Source of the DNA: Octopus sinensis
Taxonomy: Eukaryota
DNA: 64,000 nucleotides
Direction: 5' to 3'
Assembly: GCF_006345805.1 (NCBI RefSeq)
Contig: NC_043017.1
Coordinates: 13,888,001 to 13,952,000 of the forward strand
Translations under genes and position numbers: made by a program
The notes under the pieces: model-generated
The model's database searches: none
The model's input: the letters and a program-made list of their open reading frames with translations, nothing else
Told to the model about the DNA's origin: nothing
Shown: one piece after another, positions 49,157 to 62,865 of the stretch
Layout of the letters: each line of letters opens with the position of its first letter
Position numbering within the stretch: the stretch's first letter is position 1

Positions 49157-49197
<41 letters not shown>

Positions 49198-49422
49198 CAC
49201 ACACACACACACACACACAAGACTTGACTCTTGAAACGAGAAACATGGCTTACTTCACTTGTCGACTATTGGTCTTGATAAAAAATGATAAGAGCAAAAT
49301 TGACAAAGGCGGGATTTGAACCCAGAGTGTAAAGGTTCGAAATACTGTAAAATATTCAATCCGATGCAGTCAATATACAAAGGCTACTTGCACTTTCTTT
49401 CTTTCTTTCTTTCTTTCTTTCA

Positions 49423-49458
<36 letters not shown>

Positions 49459-49689
49459 CCCAACCTCCCCCTCTCCCTATAATATAAATATATATATAAA
49501 TTCACTGTCTTTGAAGATTCTCTTATGATGCAGTGGCTTCTCTCTCAACACAAAATCTCAGATCAAATCACTTGCTAAATGTATGCCACCCAGGAACTAA
49601 CTGAAACATTTAAGGAAATTAAATCTCTAAAAATTTCCGTTGGAACTAATCTAAGCACCGTCCAATTTTTTAGATGTCACGTCAGATGT

Positions 49690-50560
49690 TATAGAAAAGC
49701 CAAACGAAGATATATTAACAGAAATTCCAACCGTCTGCTTACATTCATTAGATGTCTGTGACATTAATAAGATAACATCTAATATATTCTACGACAAAAC
49801 CATATTTAATCATGCTGCCGCACATTATTATAAGTAGGTGCTGAAAAAAAAAAAGAAACAAACTTAAAAGAGAAGCAGGAATATATATAATAGTAATGAT
49901 GAAGCTCACAGAATAACAACACAAAAAAAGAATAAAAAAGCTAGTAAATCAGTCCTTTAGTATGAATATAGCGTTCAGAATAGCCAGACAGTTCTCAATG
50001 TTAATGAAAACATTCCTCCACCAACCACAGCTACCACAAACTGTTCAATAAATACAACGTAATGCTGAACTGTCGTTGTATGGAAAACACCGCCATTCTG
50101 ATAACTGGAAGTAATATATCTAACTACAAAGGAAGAAGTAAAAGTCGCTACCCGAATGTAATTTACAGCAATATGATGTTCTCTTTGCTCATTGTCGGGT
50201 GTTGTACAAAGGTACGAGTCAAAGGAGTTAATATGTCGCCTTAAAACTCTGCCTAGAGAAATAATATTGGGATTACTGAAAACACAATTAAAAGGAAGTA
50301 CACACACACACACACATACACACACACGAACAAGGTTCCACTCCTTCAGTAACAAAAACAAAATAATTTCCCCATCACTATCGCAGTACATTTGGACCTT
50401 CAAGAAGCGTGATTTTGATAATACTCCTATGAAGTAGTCTTTAGTTGAAACTGCAGCATATATCAGCATGTCACTTCCGTTTGTCAGAGCAGTATATCAT
50501 GCAGAAATGATATCAAAACGAGATATGAGAACAAACATATCGAAAAAATCTCTTTTACAG
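49690..50560 (+). mobile_element. Penelope-like element thumb / GIY-YIG endonuclease remnant
   Basis: YINRNSNRLLTFIR and RFHSFSNKNK..SLSQYIWTFKKRDF..MK*SLVETAAY resemble the PLE C-terminus; many stops. Confidence 0.55.
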
Positions 50561-50759
50561 TGTATAATACTGCTTATTTTCTTTTTATATATTTTTTATA
50601 TCAAGGAAAATGACAAGTGATTGTCATCGTAATTCAGACGGAACAAATATTACACGAGGTATTTTCTTCGTAATTAACAGTTTTCAGTTAATCAACCATA
50701 TTTACAACTCTCACTATTACACATAAACACATCTCTTTGCTTGTCTGTCTGTGTGTCTA

Positions 50760-50842
<83 letters not shown>

Positions 50843-51254
50843 CTATGGACATTTGTACATTTATACATGCGTGCAAACACACACATTTACATACATACCT
50901 ACATACTTATACACATACAAATATGCACGCATACACACATACATGCAAATACACACACGCACACACACATATACCAGAAGAATGGGATTAAAAACTCCTG
51001 GCAGGTATCAAGAAAGCACTCAGCATAAAGACATAAGGTTAAATTTCCAACAAGCAGATTCCAGGAAATGTATGTAGAATATGAATCCAGTTATATCAGA
51101 TTTGATTATCGTCATTTTCAATAAACATGGAGTTTTCTGATTCCGTGTTACCATTTTTTTTTCCAGCTTGAAAAGGACAGGCGAGCTGTCGAAATATTGT
51201 TCAAACCAATAAACAATCTATTACAATTGCCTCGCACTCTTCTTATTGTCTATT

Positions 51255-52018
<764 letters not shown>

Positions 52019-52024
52019 GAGCAA

Positions 52025-52250
52025 ACGCAGAAGGAGTAACCGAGAATGAGGATTGCAAAACGCTGTGGGATGCAGTGATTTAGTACGATCATCTGAGCAG
52101 ACATCGGAAACCGGACATTGTTGGGGCAATAAAAAAAGAAAGAACATGCATGATAATCGACAAAGCATGTCCTGGCGACAACAGCATCAAAGAAAAAGAG
52201 GAAGAAAAACTGAACAACTCCGACGATCTGAAGTGGGAAATACGAATCCC
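52025..52250 (+). mobile_element. R4/Dong-like non-LTR retrotransposon, restriction-like endonuclease fragment
   Basis: ENEDCKTLWD..HRKPDIV..KKERTCMIIDKACPGDNSIKEKEEEKL..DLKWEIR = PD..D..K RLE motif. Confidence 0.8.
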
Positions 52251-52325
52251 ATCTTGGAGAAGACGAAATTCATCATTGATCAATTCACAAAATTCAATCT
52301 ACAGAGCTTAGTTGTACCGAAGGAA

Positions 52326-52905
52326 CATCATCATCATCATTGTTCGACCGTGGTCGAGACAATGGAATTTACCATGCTACGCCAGACTTCACGGTCCATC
52401 ATGGCATTACGGAGGTCCTGTTGCTGGATGCCTGTATCCCTGGAGATTACATCAGGGTAGGAGAGTGTGCGCCCTCTGGGTTTGCGAGTAGATGGCTTCC
52501 AGAGGAGAAGAGTAGAAATTACTTCTTTTTCAGCTCTACAACAATGTCCAGCAAACTGGATCTCCTACCTTTCACAAGAGTGACACAGGTGGTAGTTCCC
52601 ATATATTTGCATTTTGGTTGGATGGCGCTTCACGAGAGATTTTGAGCTCTCATAAGGAGGCGAGTGTAGGTTCCATCCAACCGCCTCTCAAGCTTCTTGA
52701 TAGCGTCCAGGTTCTGAGCCATATAGTAAAATTGGTTCGACTGTGGCTTTGAAGATTTCAAGTTTGAAGTCTCTACTTAGATTTGATGACCAGATCTTAT
52801 GCATGTCATTACAGGCTGACCAGGCCATACCCTTTCTAGTTAGAAAGTCTTTTCCAGATGATGATATGTATGACCCAAGATATTTATAATCAGAACCATA
52901 TTTAA
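52326..52905 (-). mobile_element. RTE-like LINE 3' end with (TGA)n tail; shorter near-identical copy at 15555-15765
   Basis: YKYLGSYISSS..KGMAWSACNDMHKIW..FKATVEPILLYGSE; [25 protein letters not shown]. Confidence 0.85.
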
Positions 52906-53341
52906 GGGCGCATTGTTGAGAGTTCCTCAACGAGGACATTTAATCTGGAGCAAAATTAAAATACTTGGGATCGCAAGTGGGAGAGAATGACTGAGTGGAC
53001 GGGTGAATTTTTTCAGGAAAGGATTAGAATAAAAAATATTTTCGAATTATTCATCATGTATTGAAATAGTTTTTAGGAGTCTATGTTATTATGTTGATAA
53101 CGTCAAAAGAAATTGACCAATGAGAGGTGCAGTTAGGCGAAGTGGGGGAGTGGTATTGATGGTGGTGCTGGTGTCATCATTGCAAGCACCTCCAGTGGTT
53201 TCATCATAGTTACACACACAATCACACAATACTCGCTTTTTACAACATTAGGATCGTGTCTGTTAATTTTGTGTAGCTTAATCAGAATTAAACACACTAC
53301 TCACTTCTTGCATAATTAAAAGGAAGTCCTTTAAATTTTTC

Positions 53342-53675
53342 ATTATATTATTATATTATTATTATTATTATTATTATTTATTTTGTATTATATTATTATT
53401 ATATTATTATTATTATTATTATTATCATTATTATTATTATTATATTATTATTATTAATTATCATTATTATTATTTATTATTATATATTATTATTATTATT
53501 ATATATCAATTATTATTATTATTACTATTATTATTATTATTATTATTATTACTATTATTATTATTATATTATTACTATTATTATTATTATTACTATCATT
53601 ATTATTATCATTATTATTATTATTATTATTCATTATTATTACTATCCATTATTATTAGTATTATTATTATTATTA

Positions 53676-53710
<35 letters not shown>

Positions 53711-53730
53711 TATTATATTATTGTTATTGA
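53342..53730. repeat. (ATT)n microsatellite array
   Basis: Direct reading. Confidence 0.95.
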
Positions 53731-54259
53731 TTTTTTTCCTTTAGTGTTTCAATGATTCCTAATTTTCGTATTTGTCCTTGTTTCAAGAACGGACACAATG
53801 ATTTCCGTCATTATTTTTCTACTTAATTCAACCACTCAATTAGCGTTTATATTTCTTAACATTAAAATAGACTTTCAAATGTTTACTCTCTTACATGACG
53901 ACAACTCATAAATAAAAGAATGCTTACAAACACACATAATTATATATTTCTTTTGAAAGTTCTGCAAGATTTTAACATCGAAAGCTTAAGATTGGTCTAC
54001 TTTTCGAAAACGAAGCAATTTTAACATAAAATAATGCTGGAGCAATTAAAATTGCTGTGATTTGAAATGCTTATTCTTTTAATTGTTTCAGTCATTACAC
54101 TGTGGCCAAGCTGAGGCACCACTTTAAGAAAGACCTTACTAAGACTGTCGCCTTCATGCATAGAATTAGTCAGATCATTTTTCCCCACGAAAAGGATATT
54201 GTCAAAGAAAGAAAGCCTCTTAATAAAGATTAGGAAATTTATATATAATAATGAAATTA

Positions 54260-54555
54260 TTGTATACAGTGCTCAGGTGCACCACAACTTGTCAGAAAGT
54301 GCATATAAAGTACATGCAGTAATGTAGAAATGTCTGGAAAGTGAACAGTGTATGAGTCAGATACTTGCTTGTGTGGTATGGAGGGGGAAGAAAATCAAGT
54401 GTAGTTTGGCGAATCTCAGGAAGCATGGAAGTTTTGAAGGATGCAGTGCTCCGACAACTAACAACCGATGCCGGCAGTTTGTTCCATGCTTCAGCAACTC
54501 TCAGCTTGAAAAAATGTTTCCTGAAGTCATGGGAGCTGTGCTGTTTTCTTACTTA
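54260..54555 (-). mobile_element. CR1 LINE 3' end (second family)
   Basis: RKHFFKLRVAEAWNKLPASVV..ASFK motif. Confidence 0.75.
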
Positions 54556-54568
54556 GTAAATATGTCCA

Positions 54569-55110
54569 TTATAAAAAGAACTTCAAAACCATAAAATTTC
54601 CACCTCCTAACCGCCATTTGGAGGCCTTTGAGAAGGATATATGGAACATCATCAAGAATACATAGTTTGTCAATGAACATTTGTTGAAAATGAAGGCTTT
54701 AGTATGTGAACTTATAAATAAGAGCAAAAATGGAATTATTGTGTTTTCGGGCAAAACTAGTAATTTATATCATATGGATATTTATAAATATCATGAATTA
54801 ATGGAAAATGAGATTACTAGTAACTATAAAGTAGTAAGAATGTCTTAGGAGCTATTAACTTAGAAGCTAAGAAAATTCTGTGTGATTATGATTTTGATAA
54901 CAGAACTGAGCCTCTTGTGCTCAGGAGGCTCAGAATTACATGGAAGATCATAAAGATAACATCTTCTCCAATCCTAAAGTTAGATTAATTTGCCCAGGCA
55001 GTTCTGACCTGGGTAGATTACATAAAATTATTCTAGATAATTATATACCTAAACTTAAGGAAATAATAAAGCTAGATCACTGGTCCAATACCCAGGAAGC
55101 CATAAATCGT
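54569..55110 (+). mobile_element. Penelope-like element reverse transcriptase remnant (N-terminal RT region)
   Basis: Frameshifted translation IIVFSGKTSNLY...INLEAKKIL...ITMEDHKDNIFSNPKVRLICPGSSDLGRLHKIILD...DHWSNTQEAI resembles the PLE ADKT / KDHK..PKxRLINP / QWxNT motifs. Confidence 0.7.
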
Positions 55111-55599
55111 ACTCTTTTGGCGGAAAATCCAACATTCACGACGAAAGGTGAAGATTGTTATGAACATCGAATTGAGAATAGAATGTCTCGCATTTTTTTT
55201 CTTTTACAAACCTCTTCTGTTTTTAGAGTTTAATGCCGAGAAAATTCTGCTGCTGAAGAATAATCTACTTGTATTGCTTTAAGTTTTTGGTTTCAAGTTA
55301 ATAAAATTCCCTTCAAAAATTTGGTTTCGATTGTAAAATAATGATGATGGTACCCATATGGATGTAAAGTATGAAACCTCGTAGAAAATTTGAAGACATA
55401 ATGTTTTGGCATCATTACACTATATTGTTTATAGAGACAGTTTTTTAGACTAAAAAATGAATTTAGTTATACGTTATTTCATTTAATTAATAAAGCAATC
55501 AGTAAATTAAATTACACACCACAAATATAATCATATGTTCAGGAAGTAATGTTTTGATCATAATAGACGGTAAGACTTCTTTTACTTACGGGAAATCAT

Positions 55600-56200
55600 T
55601 CCGCACTCCAAAGGAAATTGCTTCGAAAGATTTATGAGTCTTTTTGATATCAAAGTTAATTTTGAAGAGTATGAAGAGGACGGAGTCGTAGTTAAAGAAA
55701 TAAGAAAACATAAAACTAACAGATTATCTAGCTTGGATATTTCGGAAACTTAATGAGATAACATTTCAAGCCGAAGGAAAATTCTTAAAATTGATTGATT
55801 GTGAAACAATATTAAAGTCATTTACTGAAAAATTGAAAAATTTTCGAGCAAATTTACTTCAAAACTATTTCTCAGCATGCTTGAGTTATCATAAATTTCT
55901 TGTTCATGTAACAAAACATATTTTTGACGCTTATTATCGTTAGAAATCGACAAAAACAAAAGATTTGATTCATTTTCCTTTGAAGTAAAACCAAGGAAGG
56001 TGAAGAGACAATTAATTGTGATGGTTTTGTTGAAGGAGAATTAACTGAATTACGATAAAATGGCAATAAAAAACACACGGAAGCGGACAGAGTAGGAAAC
56101 AGTGAATTCTAACCATTAACATAGTAAAACATTCTATCCAAGGTTTGGTTCCATGGAAAAGAAATCCAGGAAGGATTAATTGAATACTTATAACTCAAAT
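55600..56200 (+). mobile_element. Decayed hAT (Buster/Charlie-like) transposase remnant
   Basis: Fragments SKGNCFERFMSLFD, IFRKLNEI, LIDCETILKSFTEKLK and EIQEGLIE resemble the ZBED8/SCAND3-type transposase C-half. Confidence 0.45.
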
Positions 56201-56261
56201 GACATGCATTATTAAGTAGGAACGAATGAAATTTGATCACCACGGAACCATAAAACGTTAT

Positions 56262-56683
56262 TCTTTTACTCTTTTACTCTTTTACTTGTTTCAGTCATTT
56301 GACTGCGGCCATGCTGGAGCACCGCCTTTAGTCGAGCAACTCGACCCCGGGACTTATTCTTTGTAAGCCCAGTACTTATTCTATCGGTCTCTTTTTTGCC
56401 GAACCGCTAAGTAACGGGGACGTAAACACACCAGCATCGGTTGTCAAGCAATGCTAGGGGGACAAACACAGACATACAAACATATACACTCACACATATA
56501 TATATATATATACATATATACGACAGGCTTCTTTCAGTTTCCGTCTACCAAATCCACTCATAAGGCATTGGTCGGCCCGGGGCTATAGCAGAAGACACTC
56601 GCCCAAGATGCCACGCAGTGGGACTGAACCCGGAACCATGTGGTTGGTTAGCAAGCTACTTACCACACAGCCACTCCTGCGCC
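56262..56683 (-). mobile_element. Full-length SINE family A copy
   Basis: Head gcgcaggagtggctgtgtgg, internal microsatellite, tail (gagtaaaa)n. Confidence 0.9.
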
Positions 56684-57156
56684 TGTATAGAGTTAATAAA
56701 TTTATGTTAAGAAAGAAAGTTAGGAAAGAAAAGTTAAGAAAAAAAGCCACTTAATGAAGATTATGAAATTTATATATGTACATATGTACATATATGAGTG
56801 TGAAACAAAATAGACAAAATTATTGTATTTCTCAACATTGTTGAAACTGAGTAAGCTTTGGGGAAGAAATTATTAAATGAATAAAGGAATGTATAAAATA
56901 TATGTAAAAGAGATGACATAAGAATTAATTTAATTATTTATATTTGAAACAGTATAAGATTAAGATAACGGAACGAATACTTTTTCGGTTTAGCTGAGAA
57001 TGTCCGGATGTGTTCATCATCGAAATGACTAAATGAGGTCGAAGCACTGGTTTTGACGATCCGGCAACGATATTCTGAGCATGTTCTTCAACATAAGTCT
57101 CGACGAGAAGTTCCTCTGATACAAAAGCTTACTCTAGTGCTGCTCAGTGATATATA

Positions 57157-57232
<76 letters not shown>

Positions 57233-57437
57233 ACAAGATAAGGGCAGAAGAAAAATTCTAATGCCAGATACGCCGAAACAAAAAATTTCTTGTTTTTTTT
57301 TTCGGCGTATCTGGCATTAGAATTTTTCTTCTGCCCTTATCTTGTAAATTATGTATAAATTTTACTTTAAAGGCATTTTTGATATGCTGACCATTGATAA
57401 AATTTTTTTTCCGAAAAATTTATTATCCTATATCAAT

Positions 57438-57469
<32 letters not shown>

Positions 57470-57838
57470 ATATTATATATATATATATAATTATTAACAA
57501 TTAAGGATAACTTCTTAATAAGGAATCTTAACAAGAAATTATCAGGTAGATAGCGTGAAAAACCTCATAAGAGAACAATTTCGAAAATAATTCTTTCTTA
57601 TTGAACATATTAATTTATATATAGAGGGCATTATTATACATACATGCCACACACTAAAAGGGACATTAGTCATTTCTACCAAAAATTTTAAGTAAAATTT
57701 TTGGTAGAAATGACTAATGTCCCTTTTAGCGTGTGGCATGTATGTATAATAATGCCCTCTATATATAATATATATATATATATATATGTACAATATGTAA
57801 CCAGCTGTATATACATTATAAGTGTATATACATCATGT

Positions 57839-57873
<35 letters not shown>

Positions 57874-58099
57874 ATATATATATATATATAAAATATGTGT
57901 GTGTGTGAGTGTGTAAATCAATATACATTGTTTAGTTTAAACTGATGTCGTGTTCAGCTTTCACAATGTATATACTATAATTTTATCATCCATCTCTGAG
58001 AAGCTTCGGTGAAACAAAATATTCCAACTAGTGTCATTCTACACTTAAAAGAATTTTTTAATACATGAATCTTATTCATGCCACTATTTTTAAAATTTT

Positions 58100-58410
58100 T
58101 TATTTATTTTATTTTATTTAGTTTCAGCTCACAAGCTGTGGCCATGCTGGGGCACCGCCATTTGGTGTTGCTACATGATCTTACTTCACGAATGCTTTTT
58201 AGCAAATGCCATCTGGTGCATGAGAGAGTTCGATGCAGCTGCCCTCATCTGCACCTCCTGCCGTGAAGTTGGTTCATCTGGGACACCTGACAAGAAGAGA
58301 TCCAGTTTCATTTTAAAGACATCTGCATCCACCCCATGCAGGTCTCTTAGGTTCTTCGGGAGGATATTGAAGAGCTGTGGGCCTCGGAAGCCTAGGCTAT
58401 CACAGTATCT
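58100..58410 (-). mobile_element. CR1-group LINE 3' end
   Basis: YCDSLGFRGPQLFNILPKNLRDL..VFKMKLDLFLSGVPDEP..RAAASNSL, then a 3' UTR and an A-rich tail. Confidence 0.8.
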
Positions 58411-58698
58411 ATAAGAATTAAACTCAGAAAAACTGAACCAAACTTTGAATATTTTGTAGACATCACCCCCACCAAATTCAAGGTCATCATAAAATATGAT
58501 AATAAATTTTAAAGCCATCGGTGAATTTACCTCCAGCTCACCAAGGATCTTACCTCTTGATTACCAATGAGTTACGTCTTCAGGGGGGAATAAGCAGGAG
58601 AAGAGGAGACAAATGGGACAGAGAGTCACTGATGAGGTCACAGATGTGTGGCAAAGATTGTTTTTTTAGTTTTTCATCAACGAGTTATTTCTTGTTCC

Positions 58699-59080
58699 GT
58701 GGAGGCGCAATGGCCCAGTGGTTAGGGCAGCGGACTCGCGGTCATAGGATCGCGGTTTCGATTCCCAGACCGGGCGTTGTGCGTGTTTATTGAGCGAAAA
58801 CACCTAAAGCTCCACGAGGCTCCGGCAGGGGATGGTGGTGATCCCTGCTGTACTCTTTCACCACAACTTTCTCTCACTCTTACTTCCTGTTTCTGTTGTA
58901 CCTGTATTTCAAAGGGCCGGCCTTGTCACTCTCTGTGTCACGCTGAATATCCCCGAGAACTACGTTAAGGGTACACGTGTCTGTGGAGTGCTCAGCCACT
59001 TACACGTTAATTTCACGAGCAGGCTGTTCCGTTGATTCGGATCAACCGGAACCCTCGTCGTCGTAACCGACGGAGTGCTT
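58699..59080 (+). mobile_element. tRNA-derived SINE family D
   Basis: A box TGGCCCAGTGG and B box GTTTCGATTCC. Relatives at 14890-15190(+), 19991-20512(+) and 4841-5185(-). Confidence 0.85.
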
Positions 59081-60371
59081 CCATTTCTTGTTCCACAAGT
59101 TTACTCCTTTTTCCGTGATGATCTTACTTTTTTGCTCACCAACGAGTTTACACCTTGTTTACAAATTGGTTTACATGTTGTTCTTCCAAGGGTCTCAATT
59201 CTGGTTCAACTAAGAACCTGCCTCTTGTTCTATGAAGAGAAGTTCTTATCAGAACACCGTCCTGCACAGATAATTCTACACAATATTCTTACAGCGAAAC
59301 TAAGAACTCAAAAAAGATACCCTAAGATGAGTTGAATCATCGGCCCAGTTTCGATTCTCCTTTCAAGCCATTCCATTTCAAACACGCTGGCAACAACATT
59401 GAGAAAAGCATGACTATCACTTAATCTCATACCACACAAATACAATTTTCCAAAATGAAAATACACAAAAATAACAACCCCCACAAAAAACAAAACAAAA
59501 CCAATGCGCAGGAGTGGCTGTGTGGTAAGTAGCTTGCTAACCAACCAAATGGTTCTGGGTTCAGTCTCACTGCGTGGCATCTTGTGAGTGGATTTGGTAG
59601 ACGGAAACTGAAAGAAGTCTGTCGTATATATGTATATATATGTATATGTATGTATGTGTATGTGTTTGTGTGTCTGTGTTTGTCCCCCTGGTGTGTTTAC
59701 GTCCCCGTCACTTAGCGGTTCCGCAAAAGAGACCGATAGAATAAGTACTGGGCTTACAAAGAATAAGTCCCGGTGTCGATTTGCTCGACTAAAGGCGGTG
59801 CTCCAGCATGGCCGCAGTCAAATGACTGAAACTAAAAGAGTAAAAGAGAGAGAGAGAGTAAGGGTAAAGATTAATATTCTACTTAACGATAAAAAATTCC
59901 TTATTTTAAGGCGGCGAGCTGGCAGAAACTATAGCACGTCGGGCGAAATGCGTAGCCGTATTTCGTCTGCCGTTACGTTCTGAGTTCAAATTCCGCCGAG
60001 GTCGACTTTGCCTTTCATCCTTTCGGGGTCGATTAAATAAGCACCAGTAACGCACTGGGGTCGATATAATCTACTTAATCCATTTGTCTGTCCTTGTTTG
60101 TCCCTCTGTGTTTAGCCCCTTATGGGTAGTAAAGAAATAGATAAAAAAAATTCCTTTTTTTGTCATTTTTATTTATTTATTTATTTATTCATTCAGTCCA
60201 TGAGCCAATTTGATTATAAAATAGCCAATTCCAAGTTCGAATTCTGCCAACGATTGCGGTTCACCAATTTATTTATAAATTTGTGTATTTCATATTTTTA
60301 TTCCTTGTCATCGATTTCTCTGCCAGGAAATGATAGATTCAATACAATAACACAGGAGTGAAATGTGGAGC

Positions 60372-60413
60372 ATTATATATATAATATTATATATATATAT
60401 ATATAATATATAT

Positions 60414-60446
<33 letters not shown>

Positions 60447-60479
60447 GTATGTATATATATATATATATATAATTATATA

Positions 60480-60569
<90 letters not shown>

Positions 60570-60639
60570 AATTTATGTATATGTATATATGTTCATACGT
60601 ATGTATTTTTTCTCTCTCTCTATATCTCCCCCCTCTCTC

Positions 60640-60679
<40 letters not shown>

Positions 60680-61050
60680 TATATATATCTATATATATAT
60701 ATATTATATATATATATATATGTATATATACACGCACACAGAATAGACATCCTAAGCTCAGTTAGTTTCGCCCCAACCACAATACTTCACCTTCTCTTCT
60801 CTCTCTCTCTCACCACACCTTACAGAAGTTGTTGTTGTGTCTCGAAGAGATAGCGATCTGTGAAAAAAAGAGACCGAGTGAGTGTGTCTGATTGAGAAGA
60901 GATTGATGGTGGCCAGTCAAGAATTATGGGATAGCAACGTGATTGGCCTTCGACTATGGGTTGTGTGACAGGCAAGGTCTTAGGTTTACTAGCACACACA
61001 CACACACACACACACATGCACACACGTATATATATATATATATATATGTG

Positions 61051-61087
<37 letters not shown>

Positions 61088-61204
61088 CATGTGTATATAT
61101 GTGTGTTTGTGTGTGCGTGTGTGTGTGTGCATGGGTATATATGTGTGTGTGTGCGTGAATATGTATACACATACACACGCATATATATATATATATATAT
61201 ATAT

Positions 61205-61242
<38 letters not shown>

Positions 61243-61355
61243 GCATACAAGCACACATATAAATGCATGAATATAAAAATAACGTAAATACATATATATA
61301 TATATATACATATACACACACATATATACATACATACATGCACACACACACACGC

Positions 61356-61431
<76 letters not shown>

Positions 61432-62015
61432 TATACATGCACACAGTATATGTTATATATATATGTATGTAAGTATATGTGTGTGTATGAATATATAAAT
61501 ATATTGATATGTATATAGTATTTATCTATCTATGTATGTATGCCTGTATACTTTGAGACAGACATACACACAAAGACACATGATACATACTTACAGACAT
61601 ACATACGCAAATATACTTTGGTAGTAAAACATTCATATAGTGTGGTAGTATTGGCATATATATAAACATATAAATGTATATACGCATGAATATATATTCT
61701 TACAAACGCGCGCACACTAACATACATAGTTACGTACATAAAAAAGATAAATACACTCATATATTCACATATACACACATACGTACACATAAATACGTGC
61801 GTACATACATAGATATATATACACATATTCGTACATATTTGCGTATGTGCTTACACACATGCATATACGTGCACATTCCTACATACACTCACGCATAGAC
61901 ACCTACCTACCTACCTACCTACCTACCTACCTACCTACCAACATACAAACATACATACATACATACATAAATACAGACAGACAGACAGACAGACAGGCAG
62001 GCAGACAGACAGACA
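60372..62015. repeat. Compound (TA)n/(TG)n/(TACA)n microsatellite region; similar regions at 42490-43940 and 45895-46450
   Basis: Direct reading. Confidence 0.9.
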
Positions 62016-62254
62016 CACGTGTATATTCTCTTTTCACAAATGTTAAGCAGTTATCTTGATGTTAAAAATCAAAAACAAAATACAAAACGAAAGCGAAACC
62101 ATCATTTTGAATTTGGGGAAAAGGATTAAAATATCTTTGATTTACATGAAAATAAGAGTTGTGTGGTGGTGGCACTCATCACATGCCAACAAATTCATTA
62201 TTAAACTTCTCACCAACAAAAATTGAACAAATAAAATAGAAGCAAAGTTGTTGA

Positions 62255-62490
62255 AATACTAAATTGATCACCTTAATTATAAAATGAACACCTTGATTAT
62301 CAATTGATCACCTTGATTATTAAATTGATTACTTTGATTATAAACTGATCAACCTTGATTATAAATTGATCTCCTTGATTATGAATCGATCAGTCATCAT
62401 TCTAAATTGATCAGCCTTGATTATAAATGATCAACCTTAATTATAATTTATCAGCCTTGATTATAATTTCTCAGCGTTGAACACCTTGAT
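62255..62490. repeat. ~20-bp minisatellite
   Basis: aaattgatcaccttgattat units. Confidence 0.85.
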
Positions 62491-62865
62491 CTGTGTCAAG
62501 CAAGAATTAAAAGCAGTTAATGAGAAAGTGTGATGGGAAAAGGAGGAGCGGAAAGAAAAAAAAAATCAAATAACTCAGTGGAAATTAACCAGCAGTTTCC
62601 AGAGAGATATGAGGGCGTAGTCATTAAAAGTCACAAGCTTTCCTTGCCAGGAAGATACGGTTTGGTTTTAGAGAAAAAATATGGAACGAGAAAAAAGTGT
62701 TCAACCAGGATATTGTGCGGTTTGAACGAATATGAATAAAATATTCTCCCCGTGTAACCAACAATATAGAGCAATGGTTTTCAGTGGGGTTCCATATGGC
62801 TCCTTGAGGGTCTATATGATATGATGTGGATGAAGTTTATCGACAATAAATTGGTTATACTTCTA

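Noticed and set aside
57996-58040. HHR-like CTGAGAA-GC-ttcg-GT-GAAACA...TGTC
   Set aside because: G8 is missing and stem I does not pair; at best a decayed relic
58699-58780. tRNA gene
   Set aside because: A and B boxes are present but there is no proper cloverleaf or terminator; it continues into a SINE body with multiple copies
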